Made by a program: the position numbers and the translations under genes. A DNA stretch of 64,000 nt, taken from the IMG/VR virus record IMGVR_UViG_3300036820_000011, positions 18,853 to 82,852 of that record. One strand, given 5' to 3'. Numbering within the stretch: position 1 is the stretch's first letter; each line of letters begins with the position of its first letter. The notes below the pieces were generated by a model. It was given only the letters and a program-made list of their open reading frames with translations, searched no databases and was not told the DNA's origin. Source of the DNA: a virus. This document shows, one piece after another, positions 36,278 through 45,308 of the stretch.

Positions 36278-36867
36278 GCCGGACCCTCCTCGATCTCGCC
36301 GACCACTTCGCCGTCCACCACGCCCGACAGCTTGACCTGCGCCGCCTCCAGCGCCTTCATCCGCAGCGCAGGCGACAGTCCGGCGGCATCGAACCCGGCC
36401 AGGATCGCCTCGACCACGATGGTCGACTCCAGGTCGGTCCGCTGCGCGAAGGCGATCTCCAGCTTCTCGTTGGCGTCCAGGCCGTGCAGCCGGGCGTACT
36501 GCCGGGAGATCGTCAGCAGCCGGTCCATGGCCTTGAGCGCGGGTTCGTCGTCCACCAGCGGATTGCCGTCCAGGCCGGTGACGACCTTGCCGCCCTGGAC
36601 CACGTAGTGCGGCCTGGTCATGATCGCATAGGCCCGCCGCCGGTAGCTGTCGTACCGCTCGTCCTCCATCTGGATCAGGTCTTCGAGACTGGCGTCGATC
36701 TCCCGCCGGGACTGCTTGAGTGCGGCCTGCACGTCCTTCCAGACGGCCGACTTGGCACCGTGGTAGTCGTCGTACATCTGATCGGCGATCTGCTGCCAGG
36801 TCATGCCGGTGTTCTTGAGCTGGATCGCCTTGGACCGGCGCGCGGCGTCCTCGGCCGCGTCGCCCAT
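36274..36867 (-). CDS. putative terminase small subunit (HTH)
   Basis: A.QL..TG.TW.QIA..M HTH; L.A.DRLL.I....ARL.GLD; upstream of terL. Confidence 0.65.
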   Translation of the reverse strand: MGDAAEDAARRSKAIQLKNTGMTWQQIADQMYDDYHGAKSAVWKDVQAALKQSRREIDASLEDLIQMEDERYDSYRRRAYAIMTRPHYVVQGGKVVTGLDGNPLVDDEPALKAMDRLLTISRQYARLHGLDANEKLEIAFAQRTDLESTIVVEAILAGFDAAGLSPALRMKALEAAQVKLSGVVDGEVVGEIEEGPA

Positions 36868-36956
36868 CGGTACACGCCCCACGGCAACCACCTCCAGGTC
36901 AGGACTGTCCCTAGACTAAGGGACGGGAACCACCGCACCAGCCCGAGGGGGCGTAC

Positions 36957-37910
36957 GTGACAGGAATCTACGGTCAGGACTGGTCAGCCTACTCACCCGG
37001 TCAGCCGGGCACGGCCGGTCTGGCGTTCGCGTTCGTCAAGGCCACTGAGGGTGTCGGCTGGATCAACCCGCTCTACACCGAGCAGAAGGCGCACGCCGAA
37101 GCCGCCGGGCTGATCACCGGGTCCTACCACTACCCGCACATGGCGAACAGCGCCGTGGCAGAGGCCGAGTACTTCCTGGCGCACGCCGACACCTCGCCCG
37201 GGCAGTTCCTCTGGCTGGACTGGGAGGGCAACGGTCAGGGCGAGGCCAGCTACGGGCTTTCGAACGCCGAACTGGAGTCGTTCAAGAACAACTTCCTGGC
37301 CTACGTCAAGGCCCGGTTCCCGCTCACCGTGGTCGGGGTCTACTGCGACAAGGACTTCTGGCTCAACATCGACACCACGTCCTACTGCCAGGACGCGCTG
37401 TGGATCGCCACCGCCGGACTGCCCGCAGGCGAGCCCGGGATCTCCTACCCGTACCTGATCCACCAGTACGGCACCGGAAGTGGTGTCGATCTGGACTTCT
37501 GTCCGCTGCCCGACAAGGCGACCCTCGCCCAGTGGGTCGTCAACACCATCGGAGGAACCGTGTCCACTCCCGCAGAGATCGCCACTGCCACCGTCAACCT
37601 GATGAACACCGACCGGGACACGCTGGCGTTCGCCGGGCTGTACTGGCTCCGGCTCGGTCTCGACCCGGCCACCGTGTTCACCCCGAGCCAGCTGGCGCTG
37701 CCCGTCGGTCAGCAGGCGTCCCTGCTCCAGGTCCTGGTGCTCGACCAGATCGATACCATCTCCGCGCTGACCGACAAGGTCGACGCACTGGCTGCCGCCG
37801 TGGCCGCAGCGGGCACCCTGTCCGACGCCCAGGCCCAGCTCGCCGGGACGGCGGGCGCGACCGCCGCGCTGGCGATCCTGGGCAAGGATCTCGAAGGCCC
37901 GGCCAGCTGA
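36957..37910 (+). CDS. GH25 muramidase (endolysin)
   Basis: G.DWS.Y, FAFVKATEG, G.YHY, LWLDWE, LWIA, HQY, VDLD. Confidence 0.88.
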   Translation: MTGIYGQDWSAYSPGQPGTAGLAFAFVKATEGVGWINPLYTEQKAHAEAAGLITGSYHYPHMANSAVAEAEYFLAHADTSPGQFLWLDWEGNGQGEASYGLSNAELESFKNNFLAYVKARFPLTVVGVYCDKDFWLNIDTTSYCQDALWIATAGLPAGEPGISYPYLIHQYGTGSGVDLDFCPLPDKATLAQWVVNTIGGTVSTPAEIATATVNLMNTDRDTLAFAGLYWLRLGLDPATVFTPSQLALPVGQQASLLQVLVLDQIDTISALTDKVDALAAAVAAAGTLSDAQAQLAGTAGATAALAILGKDLEGPAS

Positions 37911-37921
37911 TCCCGAACGCA

Positions 37922-37963
37922 CGAGGACCCCGCCGTGAGCGCCATTCTCCGGCGGGGTCCTCG
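37922..37963. terminator. GC-rich stem-loop after the endolysin
   Basis: cgaggaccccgcc ... ggcggggtcctcg inverted repeat. Confidence 0.6.
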
Positions 37964-37981
37964 CGTTGCAGCGTACATGCA

Positions 37982-38021
37982 GAAGCCCCTGCGCCGGTCG
38001 CCGCACAGGCGCAGGGGCTTC
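37982..38021. terminator. second stem-loop between convergent genes
   Basis: gaagcccctgcgcc ... ggcgcaggggcttc inverted repeat. Confidence 0.6.
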
Positions 38022-38055
38022 ACCGTGCTCCGAGGAGCGGGAACGGACCACGGGT

Positions 38056-38553
38056 CTAGGGGGAGGCCAGCGCACCGATCTGGGTGGACGCCGACTCCAG
38101 TGCAAGGGTTCCGCTGTCCAGCTCGGCGACGGCCTTCGCCAGGTCGGCGGTGTTCTGCCCCGTGCTGCCCGCTGTGCAGTCCGACGCGGCACTGCCGTAG
38201 TCGGACATCGCCGCCGACCAGCTGGCCTGAACAGCGGCATCGGGGACCGGGCCGTAGGCGACCATACCGGACACGTCGGTGCCGAGCTTCGCGCAGTCGG
38301 TGCCCAGCTTGGCGTAGTCCAGGCTGCTCGCATCGTTGCCTGCGGCCGTCAGGTCGGTCTCCAGCACGCCGACCTGTGCGGACATGCCGCCGGTCCACCA
38401 GGCGGCCACCTGCTGCGCGGTGGTCTGGCTGCTGGTCGTCGTGGCCGCGACCGGACTGGGCACCGGCGCTGGCGCGGACGGCGAGGACGAGCACGCGGCC
38501 ACGGAGAGCAGACCTGCCGCCAGAGCCAGGGCTGCCTCTACAGCGCGCCTCAT
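38056..38553 (-). CDS. lipoprotein
   Basis: MRR + hydrophobic stretch + SVAAC lipobox + Ser/Pro linker. Confidence 0.7.
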   Translation of the reverse strand: MRRAVEAALALAAGLLSVAACSSSPSAPAPVPSPVAATTTSSQTTAQQVAAWWTGGMSAQVGVLETDLTAAGNDASSLDYAKLGTDCAKLGTDVSGMVAYGPVPDAAVQASWSAAMSDYGSAASDCTAGSTGQNTADLAKAVAELDSGTLALESASTQIGALASP

Positions 38554-38783
38554 CCGAGTCCGTCCTGGCAGAACCCGGCGTGCACCACGAACGAGTTCTT
38601 GGCCTCCCACAACCTGCGGAGTCCTGCGGTCAGCTCCGGGCCGTCCGGCGTGTGGTCGATCACGTGCTGCGCCAGATCGCTGCACGGCTTGCTGACCAGT
38701 TGCAGGTGCTCCGGCAGGTGCTCATAGGCGAACAGCGGTGCGAAGTGCACGGTGGCCGGGTGGCGGCCCTCGACGTCGAGCAC
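38550..38783 (-). CDS. small helical protein, possibly Acb2/Tad1-hairpin-like
   Basis: FAYEHLPEHLQ.VSKP..DLA...PDGPELTAGLRRL.EAKN. Confidence 0.6.
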   Translation of the reverse strand: MLDVEGRHPATVHFAPLFAYEHLPEHLQLVSKPCSDLAQHVIDHTPDGPELTAGLRRLWEAKNSFVVHAGFCQDGLG

Positions 38784-39724
38784 TACAGCCCCTGGGAGGT
38801 CAGGTAGGCACGGACACCGGTGGCCACCTGCTCAGCCGTGACGGTACCCGGCACCGGCGGCACGGGGACAGGCGGAGGCGTCGGCGCGGGCGGGGTGACC
38901 GCCGGGAACGGGTCCCCGGTGATGTCCGTCCAGTCGGCCTCGAAGGTGGTCAGGTTGACCCCCGCCAGGAACGCGGGATCAGTCAGCATCTCGGGCCACA
39001 GGACGACCCACGCCTCCTCGATCTCGTGCTTCCAGAAGGTGTCGGTGAAGCTCGTCTCCTCGGCCCAGGTGATGAACCGCTCGTCACCGCCCAGCTGTCC
39101 GGCACCGGCCGGACCGTAGCCGCCGACCACGACCGAGTGGCCGCCGTCGACCGGGCTGCCCTTGACGTAGTTCCACGGCTGGCCCTCATCGAACTCGGTC
39201 ATGTTCGCGTCCAGGACGTTGAGCCCGACCCAGATGCTGCCGAAGATCGCGATGGCAGCCTGGACCTCGGCCGCGTTGGTGTAGTCAAGACTGGCGTAGC
39301 CGAGCGACTTGACACCGTCCGGGCCACCGGTTTTGACCAGGTAGTCGAGCAGGGTCTGGATGTCCATGCCGTTGTCGTACGAGGACCCGGGGCCGTTGGT
39401 GTCGGCGGAGCCGTTCGGGTCGAAGCCGGGGTTCTGGGTCTCGTAGACCGCCCAGACCTGGCTGATCGGCGGGTAGTTCTCGACAGCGAGAACGGCGGTG
39501 ACCAGGCGGCGGACGTTGGCCCAGGTGACTGCCACACAGTCACCGGCGGTGTCATTGCCCAACATTTGCCACTCTGACAACCTGGAGAGGTAGTCGGCGG
39601 CAGCAGGGTGGATGGGCACGACACCTGTGAGGTGCCGACCGAGCTGGACGGCGGGCTTGCGCGTCGGAGGCTTGCGACCGTAGCGGCGATCCGGGTGGTC
39701 CCGGTGGTGGCGGTTGAGGCTCAT
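38783..39724 (-). CDS. papain-like cysteine peptidase
   Basis: MLGND..GDCV, GGHSV.VGGY, FITW. Confidence 0.75.
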   Translation of the reverse strand: MSLNRHHRDHPDRRYGRKPPTRKPAVQLGRHLTGVVPIHPAAADYLSRLSEWQMLGNDTAGDCVAVTWANVRRLVTAVLAVENYPPISQVWAVYETQNPGFDPNGSADTNGPGSSYDNGMDIQTLLDYLVKTGGPDGVKSLGYASLDYTNAAEVQAAIAIFGSIWVGLNVLDANMTEFDEGQPWNYVKGSPVDGGHSVVVGGYGPAGAGQLGGDERFITWAEETSFTDTFWKHEIEEAWVVLWPEMLTDPAFLAGVNLTTFEADWTDITGDPFPAVTPPAPTPPPVPVPPVPGTVTAEQVATGVRAYLTSQGL

Positions 39725-39887
39725 GCGCGCACTCTACCCGAGCGGCCCGGACAGACCGCTCCTGGCGTGGACGACCGTGCATCTGCACGTGCAACAACTG
39801 GGATATGGGGCCCGGGAATGATCCCTGACAGCCCGGACATCGGGCATCATGTGCGCAGTGAACGTACGTACGGGGACGGAGGACGGC

Positions 39888-40211
39888 ATGGGCACCGCAA
39901 CCGGAGTCCTCCTGCAGTACGGGGCCGTCGGTCTGATCGCCATTCTGGCGCTGATCGTCGCCAAGATGATGTACGACCGCTGGTGCGACGACAGGGACCA
40001 GGAGGTGCAGCGGCTGACCACGACGATCGAGCGCGAGCAGCAGCGGGCCGACCGGGCTGAGGAACGGGCTGACCGCATTCAGGCAGAACTGGGTAGGCTC
40101 AACGAAACGGTACGCAATGACTACGTACACACGCTCAGTGCCGCCAACCTGGCCATGGCCGAGTCCAGCCGGGCCGTTGCAGATGCCCTCGCCGCCGTGC
40201 GCAGGAGATGA
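39888..40211 (+). CDS. membrane protein (holin-like: 1 TM + coiled coil)
   Basis: GGAGG RBS; LQYGAVG TM segment. Confidence 0.65.
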   Translation: MGTATGVLLQYGAVGLIAILALIVAKMMYDRWCDDRDQEVQRLTTTIEREQQRADRAEERADRIQAELGRLNETVRNDYVHTLSAANLAMAESSRAVADALAAVRRR

Positions 40212-40215
40212 CCCC

Positions 40216-40410
40216 ATGGCCAAGCCCAGCCCGGTGGACAGGCTGCTGGCGGAATCCGAGCGGCTCCGTGAGGAGCTGCGCCGGACCATCGACGGCCTCC
40301 GGGAGTTCTCCACCGAGCTGCTGGCCGAGTCCCGGCTGCTGCGGCACGAGGCGGCACCGCCGAACGTGAGCCTGGTCAAGGACGACGACAAGGGAAGTGA
40401 TCAGCCGTGA
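40216..40410 (+). CDS. coiled-coil hypothetical protein
   Basis: AGGAG RBS. Confidence 0.55.
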   Translation: MAKPSPVDRLLAESERLREELRRTIDGLREFSTELLAESRLLRHEAAPPNVSLVKDDDKGSDQP

Positions 40411-40880
40411 GCGACGACCCTCCGGCTTCCGCACCCGACCGGCTGGCTCAGCTGGCCGAACTGGCGTCCGGCCTGATGGGCGAGGTCGAGGAGCTGACCG
40501 AGGCCAGCGGCAACCAGTTCGTCTCCCTGGCCGAGCGCTCCGCCGCCAACCTGCGGCTGACCCAGCGGGTACGCAGGTTCGCCCGGTGGCTGGCCGTGAG
40601 CGTCGCCGTGGACATCGCCCTGTCCGGTGCGCTGGCGTACAGCCTCGCCCAGGTCAGCGACAACACCCACAAGGTCAACGAGCTGACCCAGCGGCTCAAC
40701 ATCTCCCAGACGGTCACCCGGCAGGACACGCTCTGTCCGCTCTACACCCTCTTGCTGGCCGGAGACACGGCCGCCAACCGGGCGAAGGCCCCCGACAAGG
40801 CTGCGTTCGACCACTCCTACACGGTGATCACTGCTGGGTACAAGGCACTCGACTGCACAGCGGTGACCGCCAAGAACTGA
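40407..40880 (+). CDS. membrane protein (coiled coil, TM, two C-terminal Cys)
   Basis: GTGA overlap; TM near residues 59-80. Confidence 0.65.
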   Translation: MSDDPPASAPDRLAQLAELASGLMGEVEELTEASGNQFVSLAERSAANLRLTQRVRRFARWLAVSVAVDIALSGALAYSLAQVSDNTHKVNELTQRLNISQTVTRQDTLCPLYTLLLAGDTAANRAKAPDKAAFDHSYTVITAGYKALDCTAVTAKN

Positions 40881-40901
40881 TCAGCCGGACGCCTCGTCCT
40901 G

Positions 40902-40932
40902 GGCCCGGTGCCAGTCGATATGCACCGGGGCC
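40902..40932. terminator. stem-loop between convergent genes
   Basis: ggcccggtgc ... gcaccggggcc imperfect inverted repeat. Confidence 0.4.
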
Positions 40933-41038
40933 GTGGTGTCCAGGGTCAGGCAGCCGCAGTCCCGGCAGACCAGGACCGTGGCCCGGTTGTCGGCGGGGCC
41001 GATGTCCACGACCGGGTCGAACCTCGGGATACCGGCCA

Positions 41039-41599
41039 TCAGGAGCGGGGCACCCGGGTGGCGCTGACCGTCTGGTAGTGGGCCACGACCCAGGCGTGGA
41101 TGGCGTCGATCCGGGCGGTCGCCTCGGCGGCGACGCCTGCGTCCATGATCACAGTCAGCTCGTTGTCCTGCTTGGCCTCGCCGCCCGCCGACCAGTTGGT
41201 CGAGCCGCTGACGCGGATCGCCCCGTCGATCACGAACTCCTTGAGATGGATGATCGCTCCCTTCTCGGACCGGCCGATGGCGATGTCCGAGTTCGGGTAC
41301 TCTTCGTGCTCCAGGATGCGGCGCTCGGTCGCGCCGCCCGCCTGGCTGGAGTCCAGTGTCAGGCTCACGGCGATGGCCGGGTTCTGGAGCGCCGCTTCGA
41401 TCGCGTTCGCCAGTTCGAGGTCATCGAATCCGTACATCGCGATGTCCAGGCTCACCGTGGCGGAGGAGACCAGCGCCACCAGGGCGGCGTGCACCTGGTC
41501 CACCGGGCTGTAGAGCGTGCGCACACCCGGCAGGTCCCAGGTGGCGGGCAGCGGGACGGCGCGGTACTGGTCGAGCACGGTCAGATCGGTGAAAGTCAC
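41039..41599 (-). CDS. phospholipase D / Nuc-like HKD nuclease
   Basis: IAMYGF, H.K..VIDG....SGSTNWS, Q.NEL; AGGAGG RBS. Confidence 0.85.
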   Translation of the reverse strand: MTFTDLTVLDQYRAVPLPATWDLPGVRTLYSPVDQVHAALVALVSSATVSLDIAMYGFDDLELANAIEAALQNPAIAVSLTLDSSQAGGATERRILEHEEYPNSDIAIGRSEKGAIIHLKEFVIDGAIRVSGSTNWSAGGEAKQDNELTVIMDAGVAAEATARIDAIHAWVVAHYQTVSATRVPRS

Positions 41600-41654
41600 G
41601 CTTGCCTCCTGGGCCGGATCGGCAGCAGCCGCCGCCGTGAGGGATGCTACCCGC

Positions 41655-42425
41655 ATGACACAATTCGCCGTCCAGCTCCGCAAAGCGCCCCGGTGGCAAC
41701 GGGCCACCGTGTACGGCCTGGGCAGTCTCGCCCTGGCACCGGTCGTGTTCATGAGCCGCGTGATCGTCACTGGCAACTTCGCCGGGATGGCCGACGTGGT
41801 CGCCGACGTCCTCGGCAGCGGGGCACTGATCGTGTTTCTGGCGATGCTGACCGTCACCCCGGCCATGACCGTCACCGGGCAGCGCTGGTTCGTCCCGCTC
41901 CGCTGGTGGTTCGGGATCATGTTCTTCGCCATCGCGCTGACCGACCTGGTGATCGCCTCCATCACCACCGGCGGCGACTTCAAGGGCGGCTTCGTCTCCC
42001 GGCTCGCCGGGCACACCTTCCTGCTGGTCGGCACCGCGATGGTGCTGCTCTCCGCCGTGCTCGCCGCCACCGCCTCGCACCGGGCCCAGCGCTGGCTGGG
42101 CCGGTACTGGAAGCCGCTGCAGCGGACCACCTACGCGGTCTGGGCCCTGGTCCTGCTGCACCTGGCCCTGCTGTTCGGTGTCGGACCGGCGAGCAGGTTC
42201 ACCGAGGCCCTGGCCGCGTCGGTGCCCCTCGCCGTGCTGCGGGTCCCGGTCGTACGCCGGTGGTGGGAGCACGAGCGCCGCAGAGCGGGCTGGCGCAGCC
42301 CGTGGCTGTGGACCGCCGGACTGGTACTGGCGGCCCTGTTCGTCTTCGGCATGGCGCACCTGGTCGGCGAAGAGGTCAACCGGGGCGTGGACGCCCTGTC
42401 GAACACTCCGGACAACCCCGCGTGA
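41655..42425 (+). CDS. MsrQ/ferric-reductase-like transmembrane protein
   Basis: L.VTP, LR.WFGI..F, LAAT...AQRWLGR.WK.LQR..Y. Confidence 0.75.
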   Translation: MTQFAVQLRKAPRWQRATVYGLGSLALAPVVFMSRVIVTGNFAGMADVVADVLGSGALIVFLAMLTVTPAMTVTGQRWFVPLRWWFGIMFFAIALTDLVIASITTGGDFKGGFVSRLAGHTFLLVGTAMVLLSAVLAATASHRAQRWLGRYWKPLQRTTYAVWALVLLHLALLFGVGPASRFTEALAASVPLAVLRVPVVRRWWEHERRRAGWRSPWLWTAGLVLAALFVFGMAHLVGEEVNRGVDALSNTPDNPA

Positions 42426-42682
42426 CGCCCGTACACCACGCCGCGCCGCGCCGTCCGAAGCCGAGGCACGCGAAGCCGACCCGACGCCAGGTGCTGGCCC
42501 GCCGCAGGACGGCCGCAGCCGTGGCCGCAGCCGTCCTGGTCGTCCTGGGTGCGGGCACCGAGCAGCTGGCCGTCCACGGAGCCCGGTTCTTCGTCACCCG
42601 ACCGCCGGGAGTGGGCAGCGAACCCGCCGCGCCTACCTCGGCAGGTGCAGGAACGCTGCGGCCACCGGCCAGTAGTGGCTGA
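42422..42682 (+). CDS. small membrane protein with basic N-terminus
   Basis: GTGA overlap; RHAKP...RRR + TM. Confidence 0.45.
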   Translation: MTPVHHAAPRRPKPRHAKPTRRQVLARRRTAAAVAAAVLVVLGAGTEQLAVHGARFFVTRPPGVGSEPAAPTSAGAGTLRPPASSG

Positions 42683-42800
42683 ACCGGTAGCCGACGGCGA
42701 AGGCGAGGACGGCGATCAGCATCCCCATCCGGTGGCCACGGTTCTCGACCACGAGCACGACCAGGATGGCAGCGAGGATCAGCCAGATGGCGAAGGTCAT
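42633..42800 (-). CDS. small 2-TM membrane protein
   Basis: 55-codon ORF MTFAIWLILAAIL..., ATGA overlap with the upstream gene. Confidence 0.45.
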   Translation of the reverse strand: MTFAIWLILAAILVVLVVENRGHRMGMLIAVLAFAVGYRFSHYWPVAAAFLHLPR

Positions 42801-43495
42801 AGCGGAAGGCAGATCCCTAGAATGCAGACCGGCTTGTGTGTCGGCCGCTGGGTGGGAGTGCTGGACGGTGCCGACGATACCGGAGCAGCACTGGACGAGG
42901 ACGGCGCGGGCGGCTCGAACGGTGCCGCACTGGTACTGGTCGGCTCCGTGGTCGTCGGTGCCACAGTCACCGGAGCGGTGGTCGTCGGCTGCTGGGTCGG
43001 CTGCTCTGTGGGCGTAGTGGTCGGCTGCTCCGTGGGCGGCGTGTAGACAGGCGCGGACACCGGAGTGGTCGGTACGGTGTCTGTCGGCTCAGCAGGTGTC
43101 CCCGCGACCGTGGTCGGTGCGGTCACCGGGGCACTCGTCAGCACCCCCGCAGCCGATGACTGCACCCGCACGAGCACCGGTACGGAGCTGACCGCGCGAC
43201 TGGCCGAGGACGCCGACGCCAGGGCGATCGTCATCGCCTCCCCGGCCGTGAACGGGATCGTGACCGGCTCGGCCGGGACCGTGGCGAACGGCAGGGTGGA
43301 CGCGGCCGTGGTCGACAGCGGTGCACCGCGCGACTGCAGCGGGGACGGCTGACCGGCCGCAGCCGGGGGAGGCGTGCTGGACCCCGTGTCCAGCTGGGCG
43401 AGGGCGACGCCTCCCCCAGCTGCGGAGAACAGGACGACCAGAGCGAGGCGGGCACGCCACGGCTCGGGCCGTCGGTGCTGGGCGGTGCTGCGCAT
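42797..43495 (-). CDS. secreted or anchored Pro/Thr-rich protein
   Basis: Signal/TM then PTEQPT repeats; ends CILGICLPL. Confidence 0.6.
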   Translation of the reverse strand: MRSTAQHRRPEPWRARLALVVLFSAAGGGVALAQLDTGSSTPPPAAAGQPSPLQSRGAPLSTTAASTLPFATVPAEPVTIPFTAGEAMTIALASASSASRAVSSVPVLVRVQSSAAGVLTSAPVTAPTTVAGTPAEPTDTVPTTPVSAPVYTPPTEQPTTTPTEQPTQQPTTTAPVTVAPTTTEPTSTSAAPFEPPAPSSSSAAPVSSAPSSTPTQRPTHKPVCILGICLPL

Positions 43496-43513
43496 GCTGC
43501 CACCGTAGCGCCG

Positions 43514-44488
43514 CTACGCCGGGCGTACAGCGAACCAGCCCATCCCCTGGGCGTCGTAGCCGACCGTGCGCACCCGGATGCCGGTCAGCGGGTTCTCCGC
43601 CACCACCACGTCCCCGTGGCCGATGTAGAGCCCGACGTGGCTGCCGCCGTAGTAGACGATGATGTCTCCGGGCCGCACCTCGCTGTCCGGCACCCGGCGC
43701 AGCCCGGACGCCTGGGCCTCGCTGGTGCGGGGCACGCTCACCCCGGCGTGCTTCCACGCCTCCATGGTCAGTCCCGAGCAGTCGAACACGTTCGGTCCCG
43801 TACCGCCGAAGACGTACGGCTTGCCGACCTGGTCCAGCGCGAAGGCCACGGCCCGCGACGCTGCGGATGCCGTGGCCTGGTGGACGACTGCCTTGTGCAC
43901 TGCCCTGCGTACCGCTGGCCTGGTCACGGCCTTCACAGCGGGCTTCACCGCCAGCGGCTTCTGGACCGGGTGGACGACCGCCGTCGCCACCCGCTTGACC
44001 GCCGTCCTGGCCTTCGGCTTCACCACGGCCTTCGGCTTCGGCTTCGGCTTGGCCGCAGGCTTCGGTGTGATCGCGAACTGCGGCACCGGACCGCCCTCGG
44101 TGAGCCCGGCACGCGGTCCGCAGACCGGCCACGCTCCCGGTCCCTGGGCGGCGGCACGGCCCGGCCAGCCGTTGAGCACCCGCTGCCCGATGATGATCTG
44201 ATCGTCCTTCGTGGCCCGGTTCGCCGTTTCAGCGAACACCCCGCCGCCGTAGGCAAGCCAGGTAGACCCGCTGAACTGCAGTCCGCCGAAGAACCCGTTG
44301 CCGGTATTGATCGACCAGTTCCCGGACGACTCGCACGCCGCGACACGGTCCCAGACGGATACCGTTGCGGCCTCCGATACCGGTACACTCACCAGCGTCG
44401 ATCCGGTGCCGATCACCCCGGTCATCGCCGCTGCAACCATCCCTCGACGCAGTCGCGTCGTCTCCTTCGGCCGCCTGTGCATGCCCAT
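43514..44488 (-). CDS. secreted resuscitation-promoting factor (Rpf) + NlpC/P60 peptidase
   Basis: WDRVAACESSGNWSINTGNGFFGGLQFS..TW...QG.GAWP.C; GKPYVFGG.GP..FDCSGL...HVGLYIG. Confidence 0.9.
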   Translation of the reverse strand: MGMHRRPKETTRLRRGMVAAAMTGVIGTGSTLVSVPVSEAATVSVWDRVAACESSGNWSINTGNGFFGGLQFSGSTWLAYGGGVFAETANRATKDDQIIIGQRVLNGWPGRAAAQGPGAWPVCGPRAGLTEGGPVPQFAITPKPAAKPKPKPKAVVKPKARTAVKRVATAVVHPVQKPLAVKPAVKAVTRPAVRRAVHKAVVHQATASAASRAVAFALDQVGKPYVFGGTGPNVFDCSGLTMEAWKHAGVSVPRTSEAQASGLRRVPDSEVRPGDIIVYYGGSHVGLYIGHGDVVVAENPLTGIRVRTVGYDAQGMGWFAVRPA

Positions 44489-44615
44489 GTTGTGCCCTCT
44501 AGATTCCTGTCGCCCCACGACGGATGTCCTGACCGGGACACAATAACGGAGCACAGGCGGCTGTCCAGCAGGCCCGGCCCTGGCGAATTCAGCAACCAAC
44601 GGGGATGACAGATCG

Positions 44616-45308
44616 TCAGATCTCGTACCGGCCATCCTTGTTGCGCAGGTTCGACCGACGCCAGGCGTCGTCCCGGAACGGCTCGGAGACGGTCTCACCC
44701 CGGTACTCGACCCGCACTCCCGCACCCGCCCTGCCATAGGTGCCGGGAGCGTCCCAGGGCGGTGCCACACCGTCCCGGACAGCGGGGACGACCGCCTCCC
44801 CCTCGACCAGCTTCGCCAGTGCAGCGGCCTGCCGGACGACGAAGTGGCCCGGCTCGGTCCCTGCGAGGGCCTTGAAGGCGAGCCAGAGTCTGGCGGCGGT
44901 GTCACCGATGTAGACCGGTATGTAGCCGGTATGGTCGCCCCAGGCCCGTGCCTGTGCCACAGCGTCGAACGACCGGCCGTCGAAGTCGTCCCGCAGGGAC
45001 ACCCAGCGGACCCCGAGCCGGACCGCCTCGGCCGCCGGGTCGACTCCCCAGGACTGCCAGGTCTGCGCCCGGATGTTGTCCACCACCACGTCGTACCGGC
45101 CCGGTTCCAGGTCTGCAACATCCCGGGCATGCCGGAAGGTCACCGACTTGTCCCAGTTGAGCCAGTCCCACAGGAGGCTGCCGTCGGCGAGTTCCTGCAC
45201 CGGGTCGGGCCGACCGCTGACCCATTTGTCGACCGTGTGGCCCTGCTCCGCCAGGATCATCCCACAGTAGGCGGGAGCCAGGTACACACCGAGTTCCAGG
45301 ATATTCAC
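44616..45308 (-). CDS. CoA-transferase family III (CaiB/BaiF-like), compact
   Basis: ILELG.YLA..YCG.ILAE.G..V.K, DP, W.N..KSV, DVVVDNIR, D.VAQA, IGD. Confidence 0.8.
   Translation of the reverse strand: MNILELGVYLAPAYCGMILAEQGHTVDKWVSGRPDPVQELADGSLLWDWLNWDKSVTFRHARDVADLEPGRYDVVVDNIRAQTWQSWGVDPAAEAVRLGVRWVSLRDDFDGRSFDAVAQARAWGDHTGYIPVYIGDTAARLWLAFKALAGTEPGHFVVRQAAALAKLVEGEAVVPAVRDGVAPPWDAPGTYGRAGAGVRVEYRGETVSEPFRDDAWRRSNLRNKDGRYEI

Noticed and set aside
40397-42682. 761-aa plus-strand ORF
   Set aside because: Arg/Gly/Pro-rich off-frame read across three better-supported genes; only the last 86 codons are plausibly real
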